A stretch of DNA of 64,000 nt from Octopus vulgaris (Eukaryota), in NCBI GenBank assembly GCA_951406725.2, contig OX597832.1, forward strand, positions 62,992,001 through 63,056,000. The letters run 5' to 3'. The notes beneath the pieces are model-generated. The model saw only the letters and a list, made by a program, of their open reading frames with translations. It had not been told where the DNA came from and made no database searches. The translations under genes were made by a program, and so were the position numbers. Below, piece after piece: positions 1 through 13,042 of the stretch. The stretch's first letter is position 1; each line of letters begins with the position of its first letter.

Positions 1-320
1 GAGTCAAAGAGGCGATGGGGCATGTTGGACAGAAAGAGCAGAAGGACGCTTTCGTACGTCTTTTGACAGAGTCATGCGTTGCTGAATTGGATACAGAGAA
101 TCTACTGGCAGAAAAAAAAAATTATATAACGAGGGTTGGCCTGACCGTGATTTTGCCAAACACCATTTATAGTCGATGATATCGATCCATCATATGGTTG
201 GTTCCCGCTATCTACTGCATTTGTGATGTGGAATTTTTCCAGAAGTTGCTTTTATGAATTATTTCGGAGTTCTCAAATAATATGCATTGAAGTTAGTCGC
301 AACAACTTGATACATCGACT

Positions 321-708
321 GGAGCAAAGAAGTGGCTGTGTGGTAAGTAGCTTGCTAATCAACTACATGGTTCCGGGTTCAATCCCACTGCGTGGCACCT
401 TGGGCAAGTGTCTTCTACTATGCCTTAGGTCGACCAAATTCCATTGTGAGTGGATTTGGTAGAAAGAAGCCCGTCGTGTCTATATATATATGAGTGTGTG
501 GGGGGTATATTTGTCACCCCAACATCGCTTGACAACCGACGGTGGTGTGCTTACGTCCCTGTAACTAGGCAGTTCGGCAAAGGAGACCGATAGAATAAGT
601 ACTAGGCTTACAAAGAATAAGTCCCGGGGTCGATTTGTTTGACTAAAAAGCCGGTGCTCCAGCACGGCCGCAGTCAAATGACTGAAACAAATAAAAGAAA
701 GAATGAGA
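321..708 (+). mobile_element. tRNA-derived CORE-like SINE, family A (internal microsatellite), near full length
   Basis: Head with A-box-like TGGCTGTGTGG and B-box GGTTCAATCCC, CORE-like CACCTTGGGCAAGTGTCTTCTACTA, internal (TA)/(TG) tract, 3' half ...GACAACCGA...GGTCGATTTG...CAGTCAAATGACTGAAACAA. The same sequence recurs more than 15 times in the window. Confidence 0.85.
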
Positions 709-2069
709 GACTATAATCCTTTTCCTTTTTATTGTCAGAAAAATATTGAAGTTTACAACTGATTTACATAATCTGACATCTTTAAATATCTCTGAAATGC
801 AGATTTGACTTCTAGTAGACTCGAGAGATATAAGACCCAACACACGAATACCCACAAACAGGACAGCCGTATGACCTAGGCAGTAAATACTGTTTCTGTG
901 AATATAAAGTTTATCGTCTGCAACTGTGAAGGAGTTAAAGAGCTACGTTGATAATTTGGTCAATAATTGGATCCAATTCACTTAGCAACAATGGAACGAC
1001 TTGATGTCGTCTGCGCATCGTAGAATTCCATGAAATTTTCAGGCAGTAAGAGTTTTGAGTAAGTCAAAGAAAACAAAGGAGTAAGGCGAAATGGAGGTTT
1101 GAGATAATTTAGTTGTAAACAAATATTTGTATGCGAATGTATGTCAGTATGTATGTATGTATGTTTGTATGTATGTATATAACTATGCATATATATATGT
1201 ATATATGTGTGTGTGCCTATGTGTGTGCGTTTGTGTATTTATATACTTACATACATACATACATACATACAAACATGTATGTATGTATGTATGTATATAT
1301 GTATGTATATATGTATGTATTGACAGATAGTGAAAAAGAAAAATGCCTAATACATATGTATATAGCTATATGCGTGTGTGTGTTAATATGTATGTATAAA
1401 CAAAGTTGTATATGTATACATGTATAAACATATATATGCATATATGTACATATATATATGTGTGTATATATGTACATATATATATATATAGATACATGTA
1501 TCTATATATATATATATTTCTCTATATATATGTATATATACATACATATATACACATGTGTGTATATATATATACGCCTATATACACACATACGTATGTA
1601 TATGTATATATATGTATATATATGTATGTGCGTATATATATGTAAGTGCGTATATATATGCAGTGTATGTATGTGCGTATATATATATGCAGTGTATGCA
1701 TGTATGTATGTATTATGTATGTATGTATGTGAAACTCGATAGAACGAGGATGGTTGTCGTACCACGCTGCTTTGTACCAAATCACAGTCGCTGACCTCTG
1801 AAGTGACCAAGGCTATTAGAACCAGCAAACACGCAATCTATGAATCCGTTGTTAATTAGAAATAACACACATTCGGTAGACGTGGCCAATTATTGCGCGA
1901 TTGCCTTTCTTAATAAATTCAGCAAAAAAGTCGGTGCAGAGCCCATACTTCTTCCAAACACTATGTCTTAAATGGTCGATATTATATTAATATTCCTCTT
2001 GAAAATGTGTAGTTCAATGTTTTTTTTGTGAGTGAAACAGATGTAGAGGGATTGAGGTACAACTTGTAT

Positions 2070-2260
2070 TATTGCTGTTGTTGCTAACTCTAGGTCTGAT
2101 GTCGCTGACCTGACTTACGTTCTATGTTCTAAAAGGCGCTTAAGCCATGACCAGTCCAACTTCTCACAAACGTTACTTATCTAGGACTACATTATCCAAT
2201 GTGTCCTTCTCTCGTTAACACGGCAGTGTATCATTTGAGAGAGAGGCTTAAATGACTGCT
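2070..2260 (-). mobile_element. Old degenerate interspersed repeat (family F)
   Basis: Weak similarity to 52430-52695 and 61460-61660 (TAGAAATAGCAG...AAATCACACC...CATGGCTGGAA...(AAC)n-like ending). Confidence 0.4.
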
Positions 2261-2399
2261 TTGTGGGAACCCGCTTTATCTTGTTTGATTCACGCAGGCG
2301 AATATGATAATTCGATTTACATTGAACATCTAGCTATCTATTTATTGAGCGATCGATCGGTCAAATAGTTGAGCTAACTATCAACCAATCGATCGATCG

Positions 2400-2592
2400 T
2401 TCTGTTTGTGTTTGTCCCCACACCGCTTCAGAACCGGCGTTTGTTTGTTTAAGTCCTCGTAACTTAGCGGTTTGGCAAAAGAGAACGATAGAATAAATAT
2501 CAGATTTTAAAAATGTAATTACTGCGATCGATTTGTTCGACTAAACCTTTGAAAGCCGTGCCCCAGCATGGCCGCAGTTCAACGACTGAAAC
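2400..2592 (+). mobile_element. SINE family A, 3' half
   Basis: TTTGTCCCC...AACTTAGCGGTT...GATAGAATAA...CCAGCATGGCCGCAG...GACTGAAACA matches the 3' half of 321-708. Confidence 0.75.
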
Positions 2593-2743
2593 ATCTATCT
2601 ACCTGTCTATCGCTATTTATCTGTCCAACTATTTCTCCCTTAAGTGCATGTGTGCGCGTGTCTGCGTGTGAGTGTGCTTGTAACATTGTGCGCGTGTGTG
2701 CGTGTGTGCGTGTGTATTTCTCTGGTTTTAGTTTTCGGATCTA

Positions 2744-2953
2744 AAGGGTGCGGCATAAAATCCTCCTATGTTTCGCACACCGATTAGTGGGACGCAAGAC
2801 TTGTTAGGCAGCTGTTATTACAATCTCCACGTAGCTAATATGTTCCCGTTTCTTTTCAGTGACCATCATGGTTTGGATTGGAGCATATACTGTGCGTTTG
2901 CAAGGGAAACTCTTGCCAACCTCTAAATGTGGGAGGTTTTGGACACACTCTTT
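2744..2953. mobile_element. Possible degenerate Tc1/mariner-type MITE
   Basis: Imperfect terminal inverted repeats AAGGGTGCGGCATAAAATCCTCC / GGAGGTTTTGGACACACTCTT. Confidence 0.3.
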
Positions 2954-3265
2954 GCGATATAAAGTGAAAAATCAAAAGAAATTTTGATTAATTCTTTGAA
3001 AATAAGGAAACAGCAAAATCTATACCACCCTCCAATAACAACAGACCAGCTTTCCATAGAGCTAGATGGTCAAGTGCCATAATACACTTAAGTACTCTCC
3101 ATTCAATCGTTTCTCTTCGTTTCGTCACTCATACTGATCAATCACCAGCACCTCCGACAATCATTCTCTACACAAAACCTATACTCCTTCTTTTCTTCCT
3201 TAAACTTCATTTGACTTGAAATACCTCCTCCCAGCTCATCTTAAGTATTTATTGGGGAAGGAATT

Positions 3266-3274
3266 TTCTCTCTC

Positions 3275-3353
<79 letters not shown>
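3266..3353. repeat. (CT)n microsatellite
   Basis: Nearly pure CT dinucleotide run. Representative of dozens of (TA)n, (TG)n, (CT)n, (TACA)n, (GATA)n and trinucleotide tracts in the window. Confidence 0.95.
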
Positions 3354-3355
<2 letters not shown>

Positions 3356-3477
3356 CTGCGTCCATCAGTTTGGAATTATTCAAGAGAAGTAGTAGCAAAG
3401 TAGATCCCATGAGTCTAGGATCGGAGGTTCTGCAAAGCCAACATGCAAATGCAGAACCTTTTTCTCGAAGGAAGCAA

Positions 3478-3700
3478 TAATTATTTCAAATTTTGGAACA
3501 AGGTGAGCAATTTCAAGGAGACGAGGGTTAATCTATTACATCGACGCCCCACCCCAGAATTCAACAAGTTTTATTTTATCGACCCTGAAACGGATGAAAG
3601 GCAAAGTTGACCTCGGTGACACTTGAATCAGAATGTAAAGTGTCTGAACAAATGTTGTCCGACGCGCGAAAGGATGAAAGGCAAAGTCAACCTCGGCAGG
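3478..3700 (-). mobile_element. SINE family B, degenerate, with partial internal duplication
   Basis: GGATGAAAGGCAAAGTTGACCTCGG and GGATGAAAGGCAAAGTCAACCTCGG are the reverse complement of the family B central domain. Confidence 0.7.
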
Positions 3701-4709
3701 TCTAATAATGACGAGCCAACAGGTCTAATAATCCTTTCTACTTTAGGATCAACGCTTGGAATTTGGAATAAGCTAGCATCCATCACACACACACGTACAC
3801 ACATACACACACCCCAATCATGACCGTCCTCAGATAATCTACTTTTCGTAAAATACAACCGCGCCATCTTGCCCATTCTCCTTCCCCTTCAGCAATTCTC
3901 CCCCTCTCTCTGCTCGTGTTTTCTCTTTAGCCCACCCCTCTCATAATACCTCCTTCTCCCACTGCTCTCATACTCTCTCATTAAACCCCCCTCCTCTCTT
4001 TTAAATTCTTTCATCACTTTTTGTCGTTTGTCGTCTTAAATTCCATTCGCTTCCATCTCTTCCTCTTTCTTCCAAATTCACGTCTATATATCTCAGTGGT
4101 CGTCTCACTCCCCATTTCTCTCTCTCTCTTTCTCTCTCTTTCTCTGTCTCTCTCTGTCTCTCTCTGTATCCCTCTGTCTCTCTCTCTCTCTCATTTTCAA
4201 TCTCATATACATACATACATACATATACATACACATATATTTACATACATACATGTATTCATGTATTCATGCGTGTATGGATATATATATACTTATACAT
4301 ATATATATACGTATATACATATACATATATATATATATAGACACACACTTATACATACATATATATGCATATATATATACATATACATATATATATATAT
4401 ATACGTACATACATATACATATATATATTGACAGACATATATACATACATATATATACATATACATGCATATATATATATGTGTGTATATATATAAATTT
4501 GAAATAATAATGGTGAAAAATTGAATATTAATTTGATTAATATCAATTCAAAACCAGTCGCCTAGCATATAAAATCTGAATATTCAGAAAAATTATATTA
4601 CATACATATAAGGGGGATGACCATTGTCCACGTAGTGGTCATCCCTCTTATATGTATGCATATATATATATAAATATATATGTGTGTGTGTGTGTGTGTT
4701 TGTGTGTGT

Positions 4710-4777
<68 letters not shown>

Positions 4778-4939
4778 GCATATATTTCTTTCTTTACTTA
4801 TTTATTTATTAGCAATGCCACATTACCGAAAACTGATTCTTGGAATTCCTCACCATAAGAGTCAGTAAAAGACCCCTCCAGGTAGTCTTTTAGCTACAGT
4901 TAGGCTTCACCTTTGAAACACCAGATTCTGCAGAAGACA

Positions 4940-6357
4940 TTGCGAGAGGGAGATGTCAATTGTCTCTCTCAACCACTCGCACTCCTCCTCCTCGCTCTCT
5001 CTCTCTCTTTCTCTTTCCTCTCTCTCACTCTCCTTCTCCCTCTCTCTGCTTATATATATTTACATTTTTCTGTTACTGCCACCACTTTGGCTCCCTCCCC
5101 ATCTCTCCCTTTGCCACTTCCTCTCTCTCCCTCTTTATTACTCTACCTACTTCCACCTCTCTTTCTCTTTGTCCCCTCGTTTTTCTCCCTTTCTTTCTCC
5201 CCAGTTTCTGTATTCCTCTCCCTTTCCTCCTTTCTACTTCCCTTTCAAATTTAACCATGGTCCTTCCTCATCTCAAGTATATTCCTCTTCTTTCTCAATT
5301 TCTTTTTTTACACCATCTCTTATTCTCACCTCCCACCGTCCCTCATTTCTTGTTTCGACTTTTCTCTCACTCAGATATTTTCTGTCTATTTCTCTATCTT
5401 TCTTTGTCTTACTTTCTCTCTCTCCCTCTATTTCTCTCTCTTACTCTCTCTCACTTGCTCTCTCTCTCTCTCTCATCTAATTATCACTCTGTTTCTCCCT
5501 CCCTCTTTTTCTCTCTCATAAACACAATCACTCTTTCATCTTCATGCGTTTCTTTCTCCCTCTCTCTCTCTCATTCCCATACTCTATTACTTCCTTTTTC
5601 TACCTCATTTGTTGCTCTCTTTCTCTCTCCTCTCTTTTTCTCTCATAAACACAATCACTCTTTCATCTTCACACATTTTTCTTCCACCCTCTCTCTCTCT
5701 CTCTCTCTCATTTCCATACGCTATTACTTCTTTTCTCTCCCGCTTTCTTTCTCTTCCGTTCCCTCTTTCCCTTTTGTCCTTCATATTTGTAAGCCACTCC
5801 TTCCCCACCCTCATTCTTCTCTTTTCAACTCTGTACAGATGCTTCGTTTTCTGCATCACTTTCATCTCTCTCTCTCTCTCTCTCTCTTTGTATTTCTCTC
5901 TCTTTGTCTCTCTCTGTCTCTCTCTTCCTCTCCAGCTCACTCATATACAAACCTTCTCTCGTTCTCTCCCCCCCCTCTCTCTCTCTCTCTATTCATGTAT
6001 CTATCTATCTAGCTAGCTAGCTATCTGTCTGTCTCTCTGTCTCTCTACTTATCTATCCATCTATCAATCTACCTACCTAATTATTCGTCTGTCTATCGTT
6101 CTACCTATCTATCAATCCCCCCCCTCAATCTTCCTCCATTCTATCAAACAGTGTCAATTGTTCTTTTCTCATCTCACACTTATATCTCTCTTTCTCTCTT
6201 TCTCTACACTTGTTCTTTCTCACGTTCTACTCTCTCTCTCTCACTCACACACACACTCACACTCTCCCTACTACTCTCCCTTTCCACGCTGTGTGTGTGT
6301 GTGTGCGACTGTGAGTGTATCTTCCCGTTCTTCATTCATTCTCTTTCTCACTTTCTA

Positions 6358-6394
<37 letters not shown>

Positions 6395-6481
6395 TATCTT
6401 TCACACACACACACACACACGTATACACTCACACACACATTCTATTCTCACACTCAGTCACTACTACACTCCCTTTCCACG

Positions 6482-6515
<34 letters not shown>

Positions 6516-6626
6516 ATGTGTGTGTGTATGTGTGTATGTGCGTGTGTGTGGCTCTGTGTATGTCTGTGTGCGTGTGTGTGTGTGTGTATCTTCCCGTCCC
6601 TCATTCATTCTCTTTCTCACTTTCTA

Positions 6627-6679
<53 letters not shown>

Positions 6680-6895
6680 TCACACTCACACACACATTCT
6701 ATTCTCACACACCATCCCTACTATACACCTTTTCCACACTCTCTCTCCCTTCCTTTTCCTCTCCCCCTCACCCCCCTCTCTCTCTCTCTCTGTATCTCTT
6801 CCCGTTCCTCATTCATTCGCTTTCTCACCTTCTCTATTTCTCCCTCCCTACTCTAAACTACATCGTATTTCGCCTTATATATCTCTTTGACTCAT
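4940..6895. repeat. ~2 kb pyrimidine-rich (CT/CA) low-complexity tract with internal duplications
   Basis: The + strand is very G-poor over most of the tract. Duplicated blocks CTCTCTCATAAACACAATCACTCTTTCATCTTCA (~5511, ~5639) and GTATCTTCCCGTTC/CCTCATTCATTC (~6316, ~6585, ~6792). Confidence 0.85.
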
Positions 6896-7393
6896 AATTA
6901 AACACTCTTTGAATCTTAATTAGTTTTCAGTCATAATTAATAACGACATTTCTCAAGAAACCATAGTTATGCTTTTATGCATGAGCCTATTTCTGATTTT
7001 ATTATTGACAGCCTCCGAAAGGCAGAAATGTTTGAGAATGGCTTAACAGCGTCACCTGGTGGTATTCGTATGTGTCACTATGCGTTCCCTGTTTTATTTC
7101 CGCAGCAAGATCGATTTTATCTTCCTCGTCTGATAAAATAAAGTAGGGCTATGGGACGATGCGGCACAGGCGTTTCGGCGCTACTTATTTGACGCCGCTA
7201 ATTCGACGCTGACTTATTTTACTTCAGCCAGTTTAATGTTTCTTTCGTTATTGTTTTATGGTTATTGCTAGTTTGACAAGTCGATTGTATGTCTCTAGCA
7301 TGTCTCCAATTGTGTACGCTTAGTATGTCTCTAATTAATTTTGACAAGCCGATAGACGGCACTCGAACTCCCAATCAACTTGATCTTCACAAG

Positions 7394-7471
<78 letters not shown>

Positions 7472-7539
7472 TTCGTTCTAGCCTTAGTATAGAGTCACAT
7501 AAGTAAATATTCTAAAACGTGATTTAAAATAATAACATC

Positions 7540-7700
7540 ATCTTAAGGGTTTTGTCGAATAAATCGACCCCCGTGCTAATTTTGTAAAGTGTGGTACTTA
7601 TTATATCATTTCCTTTGAACGAACCGCTAAGTTACACTGACGTAAGTAAACCACCTCTGGTTGTCAAGCGGTGTGGGAAACAAATACAAACACTAACACA
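7540..7700 (-). mobile_element. SINE family A, 3' fragment
   Basis: GTCGAATAAATCGACCCC...GAACCGCTAAGTTAC...GGTTGTCAAGCG. Confidence 0.7.
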
Positions 7701-7753
7701 CATGCATACACACAAATGCACACATACATCAAACACACACATACATATATACA

Positions 7754-7810
<57 letters not shown>

Positions 7811-7964
7811 GTGTATATATATAAACACAGTATATATATATATATATATATATATGCAGTGTATATATATAAACACAGTATATATATATATATATATATA
7901 TATACTTATATATATACACATACACACATACATACACTTACATACATACATACATACATACATA

Positions 7965-8345
7965 CTCATTCGAAGACTACAGATCCAATCCATCACTGGA
8001 ACTGTAAAAATCTGTAAAACTTTCCAGGGGTTTATCATTTACATATAATGAACATGTCTAGATATGCAACTATATGCTTGAGAATATGTACATAAAGCAA
8101 GACATACAAATCTGCACATATACATACATACATACATACATACATACATACATACATACATACATACATACATACATACATACATACATACATACATACA
8201 TACATACATACATACATACATACATACATACATACATACAAAAATACCTTGTTGTTGATGTTGAAATTCCAATAAAGGAGCCTTGGATCTTGGTTAGAAA
8301 CCGGTTCTTTCTCTATTAGCAAGAAATCTTGAAATAAAATTGAAC
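7965..8345 (+). mobile_element. 3' end of an RLE-type (R4/Dong/NeSL-like) LINE with internal (TACA)n
   Basis: Encodes [20 protein letters not shown], homologous to the C-terminus at 8660-8733. Its 3' UTR segment GGATCTTGGTTAGAAACCGG...AAGAAATCTTGAAATAA resembles the one at 8775-8822. Confidence 0.6.
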
Positions 8346-8349
8346 ATAC

Positions 8350-8835
8350 ACAGACCTCAACACAAGAAATGTTTGTGGAACATTCCCATGAAAATATATG
8401 TCAAGTGTAAGCATAACAGGCCGGATATTGCTGTTTGGGACACAGACAAGAAAAGAGTATGTGCCGTAATAGGGGTCTTGATGTAAGTATCTTTGAAAAT
8501 CAAAAAGAAAGAGGATAACTATGGACAACTGCTTCGAAACTTCCAGTTTCTATATCCAGAATATATATATATTCGCATTTATGTTAATAATAATTGGTAC
8601 ACATGGTTTTATGTGACAATCTAGATAAGTTAGGGTTTTCAGAAAAAGAAATCAACCAACTTGCGACATTACAAATATAATTTGTAAGTGAAACAGTAAA
8701 AATGTGTAAGACTTTTCCTAAGTTTAAAATGTAACATCATTTTTGTTATCCTCATACCAGAGATGGACCATTGTATCTTTGTTAGAAACCAGCTTCTTGC
8801 TCAGAGGAAGAATTCAAATAATTAAAAGCAGAAGA
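8350..8835 (+). pseudogene. Degraded restriction-like endonuclease C-terminus plus 3' UTR of an R4/Dong-like LINE
   Basis: Translates, with frameshifts, to LWNIPMKIYVKCKHNRPDIAVWDTDKK...KKKEDNYGQLLRNFQFLYPEY...IIIGTHG...LDKLGFSEKEINQL...TVKMCKTF. This has the RPD...K..Y signature of PD-(D/E)xK RLE domains. Confidence 0.75.
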
Positions 8836-9933
8836 GAACATACACACACACATACATACATACATACATACATACATGCGCATATATCTGTTTACAAGAC
8901 AGTGCGTACGTTTCTTAGTGTTTCATTGAGATTATAAGAACGTTAAGGAACGAAACTACTTATGTAAATGAGGACCCAAATCCGAACTCTGTTGGTCGGT
9001 TTAATTCCAATAATTGTATGCATAATTACATTTTAATTATAGGAATATTACTGGAAATTAAATGTAGATTGATTAGTTTTCGAATTTCATTTATCTATTT
9101 AGAAGATAAGATTTAATATAACTCTTATTGTATGTACGAGTGATTAAACCTTAAATTATCAATATTTATGTTAATAATAGTGCATCAGATGTGCGTGTTT
9201 ATGCTTGTATATATATATTCATGTATCCTGTTATATATACTATTCTTTGTGTGTGTGTGTTTAGGTCTGAGTGTATGCATGGCAAGTTATACTCAAAACT
9301 AGCCTCGTTTTGGATACCGTTTTGACTCCCGTCTTCACACCTCATTTCAAATCAACCATGCTTGCATTTCTGCGATTTTACCGCGATAGTCTCCGCGTAA
9401 TTTTCACTCGGTCTCATGTCTGCTTGTTGGCTAGTTGTTACATAATTCATAAGACAAATCAAATAATGCGCATTTATGCTAATTCTCTTTGGTGAGATAA
9501 TGCTGGATGTCCTGTTAATAATATCCAGACGTCAGAGTTGTTAATGGCCGCATGAATAACACATGTGACAACCAGTCTAGTTGACAGTGGTTCGTGTCAT
9601 GTGTCTGTCTACGCCTTCGGCTAAATACCTAAAACCATTTATCTGTCAATGAGCTATGAATGGCATAACATCATGTCTCGTTAAAAAATGCTCCAATTGT
9701 GCTCCAATCAGAATTGTGTCCCTCTTTTCTTTGATCCTTTAAATACCGAGAAATTCCACAGAAGATAGCTGTGTTCAAAATGTTTTAATTCTAGCGTGGA
9801 ACCACACAAGAATGGAAGAAGCGACAGAGACAAAGCATTGAAACATGAACACAATGCACGATCGTTGCGTGAATCGCTGCAAGTGTGAATTGAATATTTC
9901 TGTGTTCAACATGAACGAAAACAGTGTCGCAAC

Positions 9934-10086
9934 AACGATTCTTACAGTTTCCGTCTACCACATCCATTCACAAAGCTGAGGGTTAAAATAGAAGACAAGT
10001 TCTACATGTGCTGTGCAGTGGGACTGAACGGGAAAGCATGTGGTTTCAAAGCGAGTTGCTTAACTACGTAGCCATGTCTGCACCTA
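9934..10086 (-). mobile_element. SINE family A, 5' half, degenerate
   Basis: CAGTTTCCGTCTACCA...GAAGACA...GTGGGACTGAAC...CATGTGGTT...AGCCA. Confidence 0.7.
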
Positions 10087-10514
10087 TACAAAATATAATA
10101 GAAAATTTTCCTAGCGCTTTCACACTCCCAAACAACATTGGAATTAATGTTGGACTATTGAGGAAGTCGTCAGAAAATTAGGATTAGCAGACGAAAATAG
10201 GTTAGAGTCTGTATATTAAATAGTTAGAACAAAAGTTTGGTTGAATTAGCCGGAAGGATGGACGCGTGGAAAATATGTGACTTAATAATAGAGAAATTGC
10301 CGAAAGCCAGGCTACGACATGTAATAAAATAGATTCGATGATAATATTGGGGAAACTCCTAATCTTATAAACCATGGTATACACACACACTTACACACAA
10401 AGACACACAAACAGACACACACACACACACACATGTTTGTGTGTGTGTATGTGCGTGTTGTGATTGTGTGCGTGTGTGTTGTGTGTGTATTGTGTGTGTA
10501 CATATATATATATA

Positions 10515-10515
10515 T

Positions 10516-10605
<90 letters not shown>

Positions 10606-10664
10606 GGACGGACGGACGGATGGATGAATGAATGAATGGACAGACGGACAGACAGACAGTCAAG

Positions 10665-10733
<69 letters not shown>

Positions 10734-10785
10734 GGATGGATGGATGGATGGATGGATGGATGGATGGATGGATGGATGGATGGAC
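10515..10785. repeat. Compound tetranucleotide microsatellite (GATA/GACA/GACG/GATG)
   Basis: Direct reading. Similar tracts at 16967-17357, 28133-28228, 29918-30075, 57260-57347. Confidence 0.95.
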
Positions 10786-10928
10786 AGAGGGCGAGATTCG
10801 TGCTTCGATAGACGTGCCACAAATTTCGAGAGTGTTGGTTACGTGATCGTAAAGAAAATCTTGTATGATGACGCTTCAAGAGGTATAGCTACATAAATGT
10901 ACACATTGTACGACTGTGTGCGTGTGGA

Positions 10929-10964
<36 letters not shown>

Positions 10965-11052
10965 TGTGTGTGTGTTTGTTGTGTGTGTTTGTGTGTGTAT
11001 GTGTGTGTGTGTGTGTGTGTCTATGTCTGTGTGTGTGTGTGTGTACATATAT

Positions 11053-11275
11053 TTTATTTCGATTACTTCTTTCAGACATTTGACTGTGGTCATGCTGTAG
11101 CTCCGCCTGTAGTCGAACAAATCGACCCCAGGACTTATTGTTTGTAAATCTAGTACTGATTTTATCGGACACTTTTGCCGAACCGCTAAGTTACGGGGTA
11201 CGTAAACACGCCAACATCGGTTGTCAAGCGAAGTTGTGGGGATAAAACACTGACACAGAAATACATACACACACA

Positions 11276-11340
<65 letters not shown>

Positions 11341-11482
11341 GATGGGTTTCTTTCAGTTTCCATCTACCAAATCCACTCACAAGGCTTTGTTCCGCCCGAA
11401 GCTATAGTAGAAGACACTTACCGAAGGTGACTGAACCCGGGACCGTGTATTTGGAAAGCAAGATTCTTACCACACAGCCACA
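11053..11482 (-). mobile_element. SINE family A, full length
   Basis: Both halves present, flanking an internal (CA)n(TA)n tract. Confidence 0.85.
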
Positions 11483-11640
11483 CATCTATCCATCCATAAA
11501 CACACACACACACACACACACTAGATACATATATACATATATACACTCTCACATGCGTAAAATATAAAAGCTGATTCGTACTCTCAGTGTCTGACTGAAA
11601 GAGGAATTGAACCCGTATATTCTTTTAGACAAGCGTAGAA

Positions 11641-11705
<65 letters not shown>

Positions 11706-12673
11706 TGTGCTTGCGTGCGTGCGTTGTTGAATGTCTGTGAATGGGTGTGTTTTTGGCATTTGAGTTTGTATATGTCTAGATTAAGTGTGTAACACGCATT
11801 ATATAGATGCATTTATGTATATATCTTGTGTGTTCTGTGTGAGCATGTGCGGTTTAGTAATATCTGCGTTAGTCTATGAAGCCATCTGAACATGTATATA
11901 TGAATATATACATATACATACGTATTTATACTCATATACTTACATACAAACATACAACATACGTATTCATACATACACACAAACATATGCATAAACATTC
12001 TCATGTACATATACGTATGCATATATATATATCAAGAATCCGATTAAATCTATATATATACATATATTTATATATATATATATATATATACATACGCATA
12101 TACACACACATATGTGTGTATATATATATATGTGTGTGTGTGTGTATTCTTGTATGTATAATATATGCATATGTATGAATTAATATGTATGTATATATGT
12201 ATGTATGTTTGTATGTATGTATTTGTGTATGTATATGAATATATGATTTTTTTTATAAACACGATCCTAATGTCGGTTATAATACAAATGTTTGTGTATA
12301 TATATGTATGAGTGCTTGTGTTTGTGTGTATTTGTATAAACTTAGATATTCATACAGGTGTGTGTGTGTATACGTATGTTTATATCTATGCATGCATATT
12401 TATATCTATGCATGCATATTTATATGCATGTACATATGTATGGATGTACGTTTATACGAATGTATATATGTATATATGCATAATGTCTGACATACCAGCG
12501 TTCGTTATTTTCCAATTTTCATGTAGGTGTTAGCATCCATGTTTCTGTTTACGAATGTATCAGTTAGCGAGTTTCTTTCACTCTCTGTGTCTTTCTCTCT
12601 CTTTCTCTCTCTCTCTCTTTCTTTCTATTTATCTATGTATCTGTCTGTCTGTCTGTCTATCTACCTACCTATC

Positions 12674-12744
<71 letters not shown>

Positions 12745-12909
12745 ATCGCTAGCTTTGGCATTATATGTCTTCAGTTCCCGCTGGATATCTTTGACAACCA
12801 TTCTTTCTTATTCTTCTCCCTCTTTTTTGCCATGTTCTCTGTTTTACTCTGTCATCCTCTCTCTCTTTCACCATTCACACACACACATATTTATATATGC
12901 ATGTCTATG

Positions 12910-12974
<65 letters not shown>

Positions 12975-12976
<2 letters not shown>

Positions 12977-13042
12977 CACTATACTTGTTCCACGTCCTCG
13001 CGTTGTGTTTTCTCTTTGTGTTTTCATGTCTGGATTAACTTT
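12975..13042 (+). mobile_element. Fragment of the short HHR-associated Penelope-like element (family G) between (TA)n tracts
   Basis: AACACTATACTTGTTCCACGTCCTCGCGTTG...CATGTCTGGATTAA matches the reverse complement of 37308-37375 and resembles the 3' parts of 21100-21280, 21618-21805 and 33322-33480. Confidence 0.55.

Noticed and set aside
1127-1828. Many overlapping ORFs rich in Y/I/C/V/H/T (and all similar ORFs across the window)
   Set aside because: Translations of (TA)n, (TG)n and (TACA)n microsatellites, which lack stop codons in most frames.
4960-6012. 350-aa Ser/Leu/Phe-rich ORF, the longest in the track
   Set aside because: Artefact of a CT-rich tract; several overlapping frames are open and no domain is recognisable.
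7155-7240. Short TTCGGCGC/TTGACGCC/TTCGACGC repeats resembling DNA-transposon subterminal repeats
   Set aside because: Only 3-4 degenerate units and no matching opposite terminus found.
9765-9910. Partial match to miR-317 (TGAACACAGCT on the minus strand) and two TGTGTTCA sites
   Set aside because: Only 11 nt match and no supporting hairpin; compatible with chance.
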